A DNA stretch of 64,000 nt. Source: Blastocatellia bacterium (GTDB lineage Bacteria; Acidobacteriota; Blastocatellia; UBA7656). The position numbers and the translations under genes were made by a program. The DNA lies in NCBI GenBank assembly GCA_963765495.1, contig CAVXWP010000001.1, positions 864,001 through 928,000 on the forward strand, read 5' to 3'. Shown piece after piece: positions 48,107 to 57,441 of this stretch. Every line of letters begins with the position of its first letter. Position 1 is the first letter of the stretch. The notes beneath the pieces are model-generated. The model was not told the DNA's origin and made no database searches. It was given only the letters and a program-made list of their open reading frames with translations.

Positions 48107-48975
48107 CAGGCGCAAGAAAAGATACACTGACGGCCTATCTCTTTATCCTTCCGGCGCTCGCGCTGCTGGGCATTTTCGTCATTTATCCGGTGGTGAATCT
48201 GCTGTGGGTCAGCCTGAATCAATGGAACATTCTGAAAGACGAGATGCGTTACGTAGGGGCGGCGAATTTCAGCGCTATTCTTTCGGAAGAGGGTTTTTGG
48301 AATGCGCTCTGGAACACATTTTATTATGTAATAGCCACCGTGCCGCTCGGGATGGCGATCTCGCTCGGGCTCGCGTTGTTGCTGAATGAGCGCATCAGGG
48401 GGGTGAGCCTGTTTCGGACGGCGATCTTCACGCCGGTTGTGACATCGACCGTAGCGGCGGGCGTAATCTTTATTTGGCTTATGGATTACGATCAGGGCCT
48501 GCTCAACCGCTTTTTGATGGGAATAGGTGTGAATAAAATCAACTGGCTGCAAAGCCGCGAGTGGGCCATGCCTGCTGTAGTCCTGATGACTCTGTGGAAG
48601 CAGGCGGGTTACAACATGGTGCTATTTCTTGCGGGGCTGCAAGGCATACCGGATATGTACTATGAAGCGGCGGCCATTGACGGGGCCGGAAGCGGGTGGC
48701 AGACCTTTCGCTACGTTACGTGGCCGCTGCTGTGGCCCACCACTTTTTTTGTGATGGTCGTGTCAATCATCTTTGCGTTTCGCGGCTTTGAATCAATGTA
48801 TGTCATGACGCGCGGAGGCCCCGTAGGCGCTACGACCACGCTGGTCTATTACATTTTTGACAAGGCGTTCAAGTTCGGCAACATGGGGCAGGCGGCAGCG
48901 GTGTCGGTATTGATGGTAGTGATAGTTCTGGGCATCACGTGGGTGCAGTTTCGATGGCAGAAAAGCGAAGTCTGA
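48103..48975 (+). CDS. Sugar ABC permease (MalF-like)
   Basis: AYLFILPA; EAA loop YYEAAAIDGA; MTRGGP. Confidence 0.92.
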   Translation: MTGARKDTLTAYLFILPALALLGIFVIYPVVNLLWVSLNQWNILKDEMRYVGAANFSAILSEEGFWNALWNTFYYVIATVPLGMAISLGLALLLNERIRGVSLFRTAIFTPVVTSTVAAGVIFIWLMDYDQGLLNRFLMGIGVNKINWLQSREWAMPAVVLMTLWKQAGYNMVLFLAGLQGIPDMYYEAAAIDGAGSGWQTFRYVTWPLLWPTTFFVMVVSIIFAFRGFESMYVMTRGGPVGATTTLVYYIFDKAFKFGNMGQAAAVSVLMVVIVLGITWVQFRWQKSEV

Positions 48976-48990
48976 AACCGAAGGAAATAA

Positions 48991-49048
48991 CCACCGAGGC
49001 ACAGAGAAATAATTACAAAAAAACTCTGTGTCTTTGTGCCTCTGTGGC
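48991..49048. repeat. Octamer-based palindromic element, copy B (inverted relative to copy A)
   Basis: ccaccgaggcacagagaaataattacaaaaaaactctgtgtctttgtgcctctgtggc. Confidence 0.8.
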
Positions 49049-49070
49049 AACCCTTCTCCCTTTTTGAGCA

Positions 49071-49889
49071 ATGACATCATCAGCCTTCAGCAGAGTGATT
49101 AAATATGCGGTGATCGTAGTGGTCGCGTTGATTTTTCTGCTGCCGCTTATTTCAATGCTCACGACATCGCTCAGAGCGCCGAATGAAGCGGCCTCCGGGT
49201 TTTCGCTGCTCCCGCGCGGTTTCCACTGGCAGAATTATGCCGAAGCGTGGCGCGCTACGAACTTTCCCCGGCAGTTTGTCAACAGTCTGATCATGTCGCT
49301 TGGCGTAACGTTCGGCCAGATCATCACATCGCTTATGGCCGGGTACGCATTTGCCCGCATGGAGTTTCTGGGCAAAAACATCGTCTTTCTGATATTGCTC
49401 TCGACGATGATAATCCCGTTTCAAATTCTCGTGATTCCAATCTTCATCATCCTTGTCAAACTGAGCTGGATCAACACCTACTGGGCGCTCATAGTGCCTT
49501 CGCTTGCGAATGCGTTTGGCATATTTTTGTTCACGCAGTTTTTCAAGACCATTCCATACGAACTGGAAGAAGCGGCCTATCTGGACGGGGCCAGCCGGTG
49601 GACCGTGTTATGGCGCATAATGGTGCCGCTCGCGCGCCCGGCCATCGCTACGCTATTTTTATTCACCTTTATCGCCGAGTGGAACGATCTGTTCAAGCCG
49701 CTGGTCTTTACAAGCACAAAGGACATGCGGACGGTGCAGCTTGGGCTGACCGTTTTTCAAGAGCAATTCAAAGTAGATTACACGCTTCTTATGGCGGCGG
49801 TCGTTTTTGTGACCGTGCCGAGCGTGCTCATATTTTTCATCGGGCAAAAACAGTTCATCAAAGGCGTGGCCACAAGCGGGCTGAAATAA
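49071..49889 (+). CDS. Sugar ABC permease (MalG-like)
   Basis: LEEAAYLDGA; WNDLFKPL; QKQFIKGV. Confidence 0.92.
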   Translation: MTSSAFSRVIKYAVIVVVALIFLLPLISMLTTSLRAPNEAASGFSLLPRGFHWQNYAEAWRATNFPRQFVNSLIMSLGVTFGQIITSLMAGYAFARMEFLGKNIVFLILLSTMIIPFQILVIPIFIILVKLSWINTYWALIVPSLANAFGIFLFTQFFKTIPYELEEAAYLDGASRWTVLWRIMVPLARPAIATLFLFTFIAEWNDLFKPLVFTSTKDMRTVQLGLTVFQEQFKVDYTLLMAAVVFVTVPSVLIFFIGQKQFIKGVATSGLK

Positions 49890-49892
49890 TAG

Positions 49893-49994
49893 GTGATCCG
49901 TGATGCGTGATTCGTGATTGACAAGACCTATAAGTTCGCTGTCACAAACAGGTTCCATTAAAGTCACGGATCACGGATCACGATTCACGCATCA
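49893..49994. repeat. Inverted heptamer array between convergent genes
   Basis: gtgatccgtgatgcgtgattcgtga ... tcacggatcacggatcacgattcacgcatca. Confidence 0.8.
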
Positions 49995-50001
49995 TTCCCA
50001 T

Positions 50002-50736
50002 TTAGTTTCGAGCCTTCTCTGACTCTCGCAGCATCTCAGAAATAACCTCTATGTTATGCGTAGCCCGCGCCTCGCTGTCGTGGTCGCCAAGGACTCGAAA
50101 AATGGGCAGGGCCTGATTATAAGCGTCCATCGCTTTTTGCAGTTCCTTTTTGTCGGTATAAATCTGGGCAAGCGCGCTCAAGGCGATGGCTGTGCTTTTG
50201 CGCTCGCCCTCTTTTTGCGATAGCGCGAGGGCCTCGTTGAACAGGTCGAGCGATTTGTCTAACTCCTTGGCCCCGTAGTGCGCGGCGGCGCAATTGAGAA
50301 GCGCGTCTATCTCTCCCGGGCGATGTTTGATTTTTCGATACAGGTTGAGCGCCCCCTGAAAATGGCGGAGCGCCTCGTGATCCTGTCCCAGTTGTCTCAG
50401 CACAAAACCTGCTCCGAGCAACGCCACGGCCTGCTTGCCGTAGGCCTGTGCCTCGTTGAAATCGCTGGCCGCCCGTCGAAAAAAGTCGAGGGCTTCGGGC
50501 AGATCATCAGGGTTTTTTCTGTTGTAAAGCGACAGCGCGTGAGTTAAGAGCATCTGGCCGCTCGCTTCCATCGATCTTGAGGCGCGCTCTGTTGCCCGCG
50601 TCTGACTGAGTGCGGTGCTGGAAATGCAGGCAATCGAGATCACCGATAATGCGAGAAAATTTCTTCCGCGAAGGTGGCTTCTGATGGTTGCGTCAGGCAT
50701 CTGAAAACATCCTTTCCGGGTTGATCCCTCGCTCAC
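50002..50736 (-). CDS. Secreted TPR protein (40-aa TPR type)
   Basis: Hydrophobic leader FLALSVISIACIS; repeats like ALRHFQGALNLYRKIKHRPGE; GTGA overlap with upstream gene. Confidence 0.75.
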   Translation of the reverse strand: MSEGSTRKGCFQMPDATIRSHLRGRNFLALSVISIACISSTALSQTRATERASRSMEASGQMLLTHALSLYNRKNPDDLPEALDFFRRAASDFNEAQAYGKQAVALLGAGFVLRQLGQDHEALRHFQGALNLYRKIKHRPGEIDALLNCAAAHYGAKELDKSLDLFNEALALSQKEGERKSTAIALSALAQIYTDKKELQKAMDAYNQALPIFRVLGDHDSEARATHNIEVISEMLRESEKARN

Positions 50737-53438
50737 TTTTTAGAAAGCAGAGGGATGACAAACTCTCGCCGGACATATCTGTCGCCCGGCCCTTCAAAAC
50801 TCAGAATCAATTGCGCGGTATTGGTCGGGCTCTTCTTTACGCCCTCCGTCTCGCCAAAATCCCGCCCTGTGCGTATGCCGATTGTGTAAGCGTGCCCGCC
50901 GAGCCCTTCAGCCGTCAGGTATAAAGCATCTTTGTCGGCGTGTGAGCGAAGCAGGCGAAGCCCGCTGTTGCTTGCGCCCGGCGCGGGAACTTCCGGCTCG
51001 ATAAAAACGTCGGTTCCTTCGTCGTAGACATAAACTATTTCCGTTCTCGGTCCCGCGTTTTCAATAATGACTTCGGCTCGCTGTACGTCGCCCGTGCGCG
51101 CGATCTGAAACTTCATCGCTCGACCGTTGACGATCACAGAGCGAACCTCGGCGTCGAGCGGGAAGGCGGGAGAGACGATTAAACGGTTTGCCCCGCCCTG
51201 TGGGTTTTGCTCTCGCGGTTGATCGCGCTCGGCGAGAATCTCCATGCGCCCCCTGAGATTCTTAAGCGTCAAATCATAATGAGACACGCCTGCCGCGATC
51301 TTTCGCGCCGTCAGGCCACTCCAATTGGCGGGCAGTTGCGGCGCGAATATCAGGGTCTTGCCCGCGTCCCTCGCTTCGATGCCGAGCAGCCCCCGCATCA
51401 ACGGGGTTACCACCATCGCTTCCGACCATATCTGATGATGAGACGAGCGCCCGAACGCGGTGTTGAAATCACCCGACAATAGCTCTGTCACATAGCCGAG
51501 CGCGCCCTGATAGGTGAGCAAGGCATTTGCCGTCAGCGCCTGATAGCCTACGTGCGGACGCCCGTAGCGATAGGCCCCCACTGATGTCCAGCCGGTGAAG
51601 AGCGCCCAGACCGAGCCGTAATGATAAGAGAGCGGGTCGTAGAGGCGGCTGCGATTCGAAATAATTCGCGCCCCCCAATCCGTAGCCATCTCTCCGCTGC
51701 CGAGATGATCTATCTCCGACTGCGCCCGTCCGTCCTCAAGCGTGTGCCACCAAAGCGGGACGGCGGGCAACACCGTGTCTTCGTCAATCAATCGCTTGCG
51801 GTCGAGTTCATTTATACGCTGCTGGCGAATCTCTCTATTCGGCCCCGGCTCGGCCGTGCGCGACTCCGCCCGCGGGAGGTTTGTTGCAAAGGCGTAATAA
51901 CCCTGATCGGCAAGCCAGTAGGTTTGTTCGGTAGCTTTGCGTGTGCGCTCGGCCTCGGCTCGCGCCCTCTGAGCCAGGGGCGCGTCTTTTATCGCGTCGG
52001 CCATCTCGGCAAGGCGTTCGAGAGCCTCCATCCAGACGCCCTGCATGTATATCTCTTCGTGCGGAGGATAGAGAGCGCCGCCTTCTACCCAGCCGTGGCC
52101 GAATTTTGTATTTTCGATCAACCCGTTGTTGTCCGTGTCGGTCGCCGATGTAAAGCGATAGGCTTTCAGGATGGAGTCCCAGTTCTTCTTTATGAAATCC
52201 AGATCGCCCGACGAGCGCCAGTAATCGCCGTGAGCGATTATGTAAAGCGGGGTCGCGTCGGCGCTCGCCCATGGATAACCGTAATCTTTGAACCACGGAA
52301 GAAGGCCCGCGCTCTGCGAAATCTCGTGCGGAATCTTTCCGTCTTCGCGCTGGAATTGCTTGAGAAAATCGAGCGCCTGTCGCGTAGAGGCAAAGTCGCC
52401 ATACGAGGTGACGGCAAAGGATGTCCAGAGCGCGTCACGCCCGAAAAACCAGGCAAAACCGGGCCTCTCGCTTTCGCCCGACGTGCGAAACCCGGCCAGT
52501 AAACCCGTGCCGAGCATGGGGTTTGTGGCAATCCCCTTATCAACTCCTACCTTCGCCCACGCGAATGCGCGGGTGAGCCTGTCATCGGGCGTCGTGATGT
52601 TTGCGGTCTCGTCGAGCAGGCGTCTGTAATAGGTCACGTTCTTTTCATAAAGCGGCCTGATGGAGGCCAGCATACTTTCATAGGCGGCTTTTGCCTTATC
52701 GCGCCCCTCGACGCTGCCCGCGATGATTATGGGGATCAGGCTCGCTTTCATTACGTCGAGCGATGCTTCGATGACAAAACGGTTTGGAACATCGCGCGGC
52801 TCTTCCTGATAAGGCATGACGGAAATGTCGCGGGCAAGGGGTGAGCCGATCACGCCCGCAAATCGGTTAGTCTCTTCGCTGATAGTGTAAGTGTGTGAGG
52901 TTTCATCCCAGCCGATATAGCCGGTCATCAATCCGGCGGGCCACATCAATCGCAGCTTTGGCCTGAACGCGCCCGTGATGGTCATAGGCAGCACGCTCTT
53001 GACATCGAGCAACATCACTATGCCCGGCTCTTCGATTGGCGCAAAGATTATTTGTCTGACGGTGAAAGCCGCGTGCGAGTAAGTGAAGATCGTGGCTTCG
53101 GGCCGCACGGTGATGCCCGTCATAATGTCCGGTCCGTAGATGTCGAGCGGGTAGCCTTCAAGCCGGAATGACAGCGTGAAATCGTCCAGCAATTTCATCG
53201 GATAGACCCAGGCTTCGAAGGGGCGATTCTCGTAACCGAATACGGCTGACTTGCGACCCACTACGTCAAAGAAAGAGCCGACCTCGGAGTGCCGGTCGAG
53301 TTCCAATCCGCTCGCGTTCAGATTGAATTTCTGTGGCAGCGGGGATGTGGTTTGCGCGGCTTCCGTGAACGCGGCGCATAGGTTGAATGTGATTATCAGA
53401 CAGCAGATCAAGCGTATATGGATTGAATAAATCCTCAA
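50733..53438 (-). CDS. Secreted amylo-alpha-1,6-glucosidase/GDE-like (alpha/alpha)6 glycoside hydrolase
   Basis: Signal peptide; WFFGRDALW, DGKIPHE, SADATPLY, YHYGSVW, ELLSG, QIWS. Confidence 0.82.
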   Translation of the reverse strand: MRIYSIHIRLICCLIITFNLCAAFTEAAQTTSPLPQKFNLNASGLELDRHSEVGSFFDVVGRKSAVFGYENRPFEAWVYPMKLLDDFTLSFRLEGYPLDIYGPDIMTGITVRPEATIFTYSHAAFTVRQIIFAPIEEPGIVMLLDVKSVLPMTITGAFRPKLRLMWPAGLMTGYIGWDETSHTYTISEETNRFAGVIGSPLARDISVMPYQEEPRDVPNRFVIEASLDVMKASLIPIIIAGSVEGRDKAKAAYESMLASIRPLYEKNVTYYRRLLDETANITTPDDRLTRAFAWAKVGVDKGIATNPMLGTGLLAGFRTSGESERPGFAWFFGRDALWTSFAVTSYGDFASTRQALDFLKQFQREDGKIPHEISQSAGLLPWFKDYGYPWASADATPLYIIAHGDYWRSSGDLDFIKKNWDSILKAYRFTSATDTDNNGLIENTKFGHGWVEGGALYPPHEEIYMQGVWMEALERLAEMADAIKDAPLAQRARAEAERTRKATEQTYWLADQGYYAFATNLPRAESRTAEPGPNREIRQQRINELDRKRLIDEDTVLPAVPLWWHTLEDGRAQSEIDHLGSGEMATDWGARIISNRSRLYDPLSYHYGSVWALFTGWTSVGAYRYGRPHVGYQALTANALLTYQGALGYVTELLSGDFNTAFGRSSHHQIWSEAMVVTPLMRGLLGIEARDAGKTLIFAPQLPANWSGLTARKIAAGVSHYDLTLKNLRGRMEILAERDQPREQNPQGGANRLIVSPAFPLDAEVRSVIVNGRAMKFQIARTGDVQRAEVIIENAGPRTEIVYVYDEGTDVFIEPEVPAPGASNSGLRLLRSHADKDALYLTAEGLGGHAYTIGIRTGRDFGETEGVKKSPTNTAQLILSFEGPGDRYVRREFVIPLLSKK

Positions 53439-53583
53439 AGCGAACCTCCGGGTAGAAAGCGGTTGATTGGATGGGCTGCATTTTATGCGGGCAGGCCCGA
53501 CAGTTCAAGTCTATGCTGTCGGCGCAGATGCTTTGATCGAAATAGGCGGAGTCTTCGGTCTTCCTCCAAACTCACTTTTGATA

Positions 53584-55425
53584 TTATTTGCTCACAACGC
53601 CTTTGCCCTCGGCGATTGTCAGCACGCGATCTATGCCGGGTATTTTTATCGTCTCGGTCTGGCCGTCGGGCCACTTCACTTCCAGTCGATCAACCTTGCT
53701 GCTCGACCCCAGGCCGAAATGCAGCCGCCTGTCATTTTGCGAAGCGAAACCGGCTCCGCTGATTACGTCCTGTCGCTGGCGGGTCTTGCCCGTGGTCACA
53801 TAGGCAATAGCCCCGGTTGCATCGAGCGGGCTTTTCTTTGCCGTGTCGCCGATCAGTTTCAGCGAGAGCCAGTGGCTTGAATTCTTTGTGACGTTCTTTA
53901 GCACCGAAGGCGGCGAGTCCATATTGTTGATCACAACGTCGAGCAGCCCGTCTCCGTCGAGGTCGCCTACGGCAAGCCCGCGCCCGCGTGTGGCTATAGC
54001 CAGCCCGCTCCCCGCTGCCGCGCCCGCGCGCTCGAATTTGCCAGTGCCGAGATTGCGAAACAGCAACGGTTGTTGCGCGTAGCTGGTTCCCCACTGATGT
54101 TTGTCTACGCCGGGATAGACGTGCCCGTTGGCGATTATTATGTCTTCCCATCCATCGTTGTCATAGTCTATAAAACTGACTCCCCAGCCGAGAAAAGGCA
54201 GGGTTATCTCTCCGTGCCCGGTTTGATATGTGAGGTCTATGAAGTTGCCGTCGCCTTCATTATGATAGAGCGTATTCGAGTCGTCCGAAAAATTTGTCAC
54301 ATAAACATCCATGCGGCCATCGTTGTCGTAATCGCCCAGCCCCACACCCATACCGGCCTGCTCGCGCCCGCTCTCGCTTAAGGCCAGGGCCGACTCGTAG
54401 CCCTTCTCTTCAAATGTGCCGTCGCCTTTGTTGACATAGAAAAGATTTGCGGTCGAGTCGTTTATCACGATCAGGTCGAGATAATCGTCTTCATTGAGAT
54501 GAGCGAACGCCGATGAAAACCCGTAGAATTTTTGCGGGTCATTCACACCCGCCTTTATGCTTACATCTTCAAACGTGCCGTCTGTTTTCTGGTGATAGAG
54601 CGTATCCCCTTCGCCCGTCAGACCGCGCGGCCCACACATCACCGGCTCGCCGCGAAACTGGCAGAACTTGCCCAGATTTTCTTTGTCGCTCGCCTTTGCG
54701 GGCGAGGGCGGAAGGCTTTTGAGATCGAACACCAGATAGCCGGGAACGAAGAGGTCCAGCCGCCCGTCGCCGTCATAATCTCCCCAGCTTGCTCCAGTGC
54801 TCCATCCCTTTCGCGCCACGTTGAGCTTTTCGGCCACATCCGTAAACGTGCCGTCGCCGTTGTTGTGATAAAGGCGAGAGACGCCGTAGTTGCCTACGTA
54901 CATATCGAGCCGCCCGTCGTTGTCGTAATCGGCGACGGCTACGCCAAAGCCCCATCGCTCGTTTGCTACTCCGGCCTTTTCCGTCACGTCTTCAAACTTC
55001 CAGTTGCCCAGATTGTGATAGAGCGCCGCGTGCGGCGGTTTCTCTTTGCCTTCGAGCGCGGGAATCGTCGAGCCGTTGAGCAGATAAATATCGACAAGCC
55101 CGTCGTTGTCGTAATCAAACAGGGCTACGCCGCCCGAAGGAGTGTCGATAATATACTCTTTTGCGGGGCTGCCCGACCTGTGCATGAATTTTGCGAGCGC
55201 GGTCTTTGCCGTCACGTCTTCGTAGATAACGGGGGCCTTTGGATCGGTGATGCCTGTGGTCCTGAGCGATGTGTAAGCCCGCGCCGCGCCGGTCGAAACG
55301 CCGCCCATGCCCTGAGACTTTTCAGACTGCTCCTGATAAAGGCGCACGCTCGACGGCAAAAGCAATAGACCCGCCGCAAGATATAAAAACAACAAAACAG
55401 GTTTTAACATAATCTCTGGTTTCAA
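53584..55425 (-). CDS. CRTAC1-family secreted protein, paralog 3 (start TTG 55425 or ATG 55410)
   Basis: Hydrophobic leader; DYDNDG repeats; FCQFRGEPVMCGPRG; SQNDRRLHFGLG...WPDG. Confidence 0.92.
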   Translation of the reverse strand: MKPEIMLKPVLLFLYLAAGLLLLPSSVRLYQEQSEKSQGMGGVSTGAARAYTSLRTTGITDPKAPVIYEDVTAKTALAKFMHRSGSPAKEYIIDTPSGGVALFDYDNDGLVDIYLLNGSTIPALEGKEKPPHAALYHNLGNWKFEDVTEKAGVANERWGFGVAVADYDNDGRLDMYVGNYGVSRLYHNNGDGTFTDVAEKLNVARKGWSTGASWGDYDGDGRLDLFVPGYLVFDLKSLPPSPAKASDKENLGKFCQFRGEPVMCGPRGLTGEGDTLYHQKTDGTFEDVSIKAGVNDPQKFYGFSSAFAHLNEDDYLDLIVINDSTANLFYVNKGDGTFEEKGYESALALSESGREQAGMGVGLGDYDNDGRMDVYVTNFSDDSNTLYHNEGDGNFIDLTYQTGHGEITLPFLGWGVSFIDYDNDGWEDIIIANGHVYPGVDKHQWGTSYAQQPLLFRNLGTGKFERAGAAAGSGLAIATRGRGLAVGDLDGDGLLDVVINNMDSPPSVLKNVTKNSSHWLSLKLIGDTAKKSPLDATGAIAYVTTGKTRQRQDVISGAGFASQNDRRLHFGLGSSSKVDRLEVKWPDGQTETIKIPGIDRVLTIAEGKGVVSK

Positions 55426-55449
55426 CTCTCAAATCTCAAATCTCAAATC
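55424..55449. repeat. Heptamer tandem repeat aatctca
   Basis: aactctcaaatctcaaatctcaaatc. Confidence 0.7.
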
Positions 55450-57219
55450 CTATTTCTCAACGATTGTGTGATAGCGATCTATCGCCGGATTTTCGATCAA
55501 TTGAGTGCGTTTGCCCGGCCAGCGAATCTCCACAGAGCGGACGCTTTCGTCTGCGCCGAGCCCTATCAAAATGCGCTGATCGTTTGATGACAGATAACTG
55601 CCCGCGTTTGTCGCGTCGAATATTCTCTTGCGACCGTCTGCCCGCACAATCGTAATGCGAGCCCCTATCGCGCTGCGGTTCGATTTCGTGCCCGCAAGCG
55701 ACAGCCCTATCCAGTGATTCTTTGTGCCGAGGTTTCGCAACACGACCGGCGCGCCGTCAAGCACGCCCATGACGATGTCTGTGTCGCCGTCGTTATCCAG
55801 ATCGCCAAAAGCTGCCCCGCGCGCGGCCACGGCCACCTTGAACGCCGCTCCCGCCGAAGCGGAGACATTGACAAAGCCTTTGCCGAACCGGCGCATGAGC
55901 AGAGGCGGCTGTTTGTATTTCAGATAGCTCGATGTCTTCTCAATCGTATCGAGCACGTGGCTTTGAGCTACGAAGATGTCCGACAGCCCGTCGTTATCGG
56001 CATCGATGAAATGGACTCCCCAGCCCGAATTCAGCAGCGTGATCTGAGCTACGCCCGAAGTATTGGTCACATAGCTGAAAGAATCGTCGCCGTTGTTGTG
56101 ATACAGGGGGTAGGTTTCATTTGACAGCGCCGTGATTATTATGTCGGGGTTGCCGTCGTCGTCATAGTCAGCCGCGTCTACGCCCATGCCTGCGAAGGTC
56201 TTGCCGTTTTCGTCGTAAGCCACACCCGAGGGCAAGGCCGTATCTTCAAACGTGCCGTCGCCGTTATTGCGGTAAAGCGATTGACGAACGCTGTCGTTTG
56301 CGACTATCACATCCATCCATCCATCGCCGTCGAAGTCGGCAAAGGCCACTCCAAGCCCCTTGCCCTCCGGGTCTGCGACCCCGGCTTTGACGCTCACATC
56401 TTCAAAGGTTCCATCCGCCTTTTGATGAAAGAGCAGGTTCCCGACTCCCTTGAAATTATCGGGATGGCAATAGGCGCGAAACCCGGGCCGCGTGTCGCCG
56501 CAATAGATCGAACCGCGCTCGAAATCCCAATCCAGATAGCGCGCAACGAACAGGTCCAATCTTCCATCGTTGTCATAATCAAACCAGCCCGCGCTTGTTG
56601 ACCACCCGCCGCCCGTCACGCCCGCCCGCTTTGTCACATCAGAAAATCGGCCGTCGCCGTCGTTGTGATAGAGCGTGTTTCGGCCATAGCCGGTCACGTA
56701 AATATCCGGGCGGCCATCATTATCGTAATCGCCTACGGCCACGCCCATGCTGTAACCCTCGCCTTTTACCCCCGCACGCGCGGTTGTGTCTTCAAACGTG
56801 CCGTCGGCCTTTTGATGATAGAGGCGGTTCCAATACTTCGCATCGCTCTTGTCGGGCATCGCGCCCTCTGGCATAGGGTCTTTTAGCTCGGCCCCGTTAG
56901 TAAAAAACAGGTCCAGCCGACCGTCATTATCATAGTCGAGCAGCCCCACGCCGCCGCCCATGGTTTCGAGCAGATACTTTCGCGATGTTTGGGATGCCGC
57001 CTGTTTGAAGACGATGCGGGTTTCGGTAGTGATGTCAGCGAAAGTTACCGGCGAGGGAGATTGCGGCGCTGCGGGAGGCGGCTTTTTTACCTCACCCGTA
57101 TCATAAGACCGGCCCCGTCGCTCGGGCGGCGGAGGCTGTTGTCCTTGAAGTCCGAAAACATTGCTCAAAGGCAATAGAGCGACTGTGAAGATAATGATCG
57201 TGCGACACAGAGTTTTCAT
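55450..57219 (-). CDS. CRTAC1-family secreted protein, paralog 4
   Basis: Signal peptide; KYLLETMGGG; RAYCHPDNF; SNRSAIGARI...SYLSSND...WPG. Confidence 0.92.
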   Translation of the reverse strand: MKTLCRTIIIFTVALLPLSNVFGLQGQQPPPPERRGRSYDTGEVKKPPPAAPQSPSPVTFADITTETRIVFKQAASQTSRKYLLETMGGGVGLLDYDNDGRLDLFFTNGAELKDPMPEGAMPDKSDAKYWNRLYHQKADGTFEDTTARAGVKGEGYSMGVAVGDYDNDGRPDIYVTGYGRNTLYHNDGDGRFSDVTKRAGVTGGGWSTSAGWFDYDNDGRLDLFVARYLDWDFERGSIYCGDTRPGFRAYCHPDNFKGVGNLLFHQKADGTFEDVSVKAGVADPEGKGLGVAFADFDGDGWMDVIVANDSVRQSLYRNNGDGTFEDTALPSGVAYDENGKTFAGMGVDAADYDDDGNPDIIITALSNETYPLYHNNGDDSFSYVTNTSGVAQITLLNSGWGVHFIDADNDGLSDIFVAQSHVLDTIEKTSSYLKYKQPPLLMRRFGKGFVNVSASAGAAFKVAVAARGAAFGDLDNDGDTDIVMGVLDGAPVVLRNLGTKNHWIGLSLAGTKSNRSAIGARITIVRADGRKRIFDATNAGSYLSSNDQRILIGLGADESVRSVEIRWPGKRTQLIENPAIDRYHTIVEK

Positions 57220-57441
57220 AGCTTGATAGTGGTCTCAGGGTTTACGACAAATATTCTTATGATTATTGCTGCGAAGATCAAGGCCGGTTCGACAGGCTCC
57301 GTCGATTATGTAAATATAAGGGCGACACGATTCGGCTCGCTATTCCTGCAAGGTCAGCTGTAGCCGAATGGGTTGTATATTGTTGATCGTAGCGGCTGGC
57401 ATAGTGCTCAACTTGCTGGCCCGAAAACATCCATCCTTATT

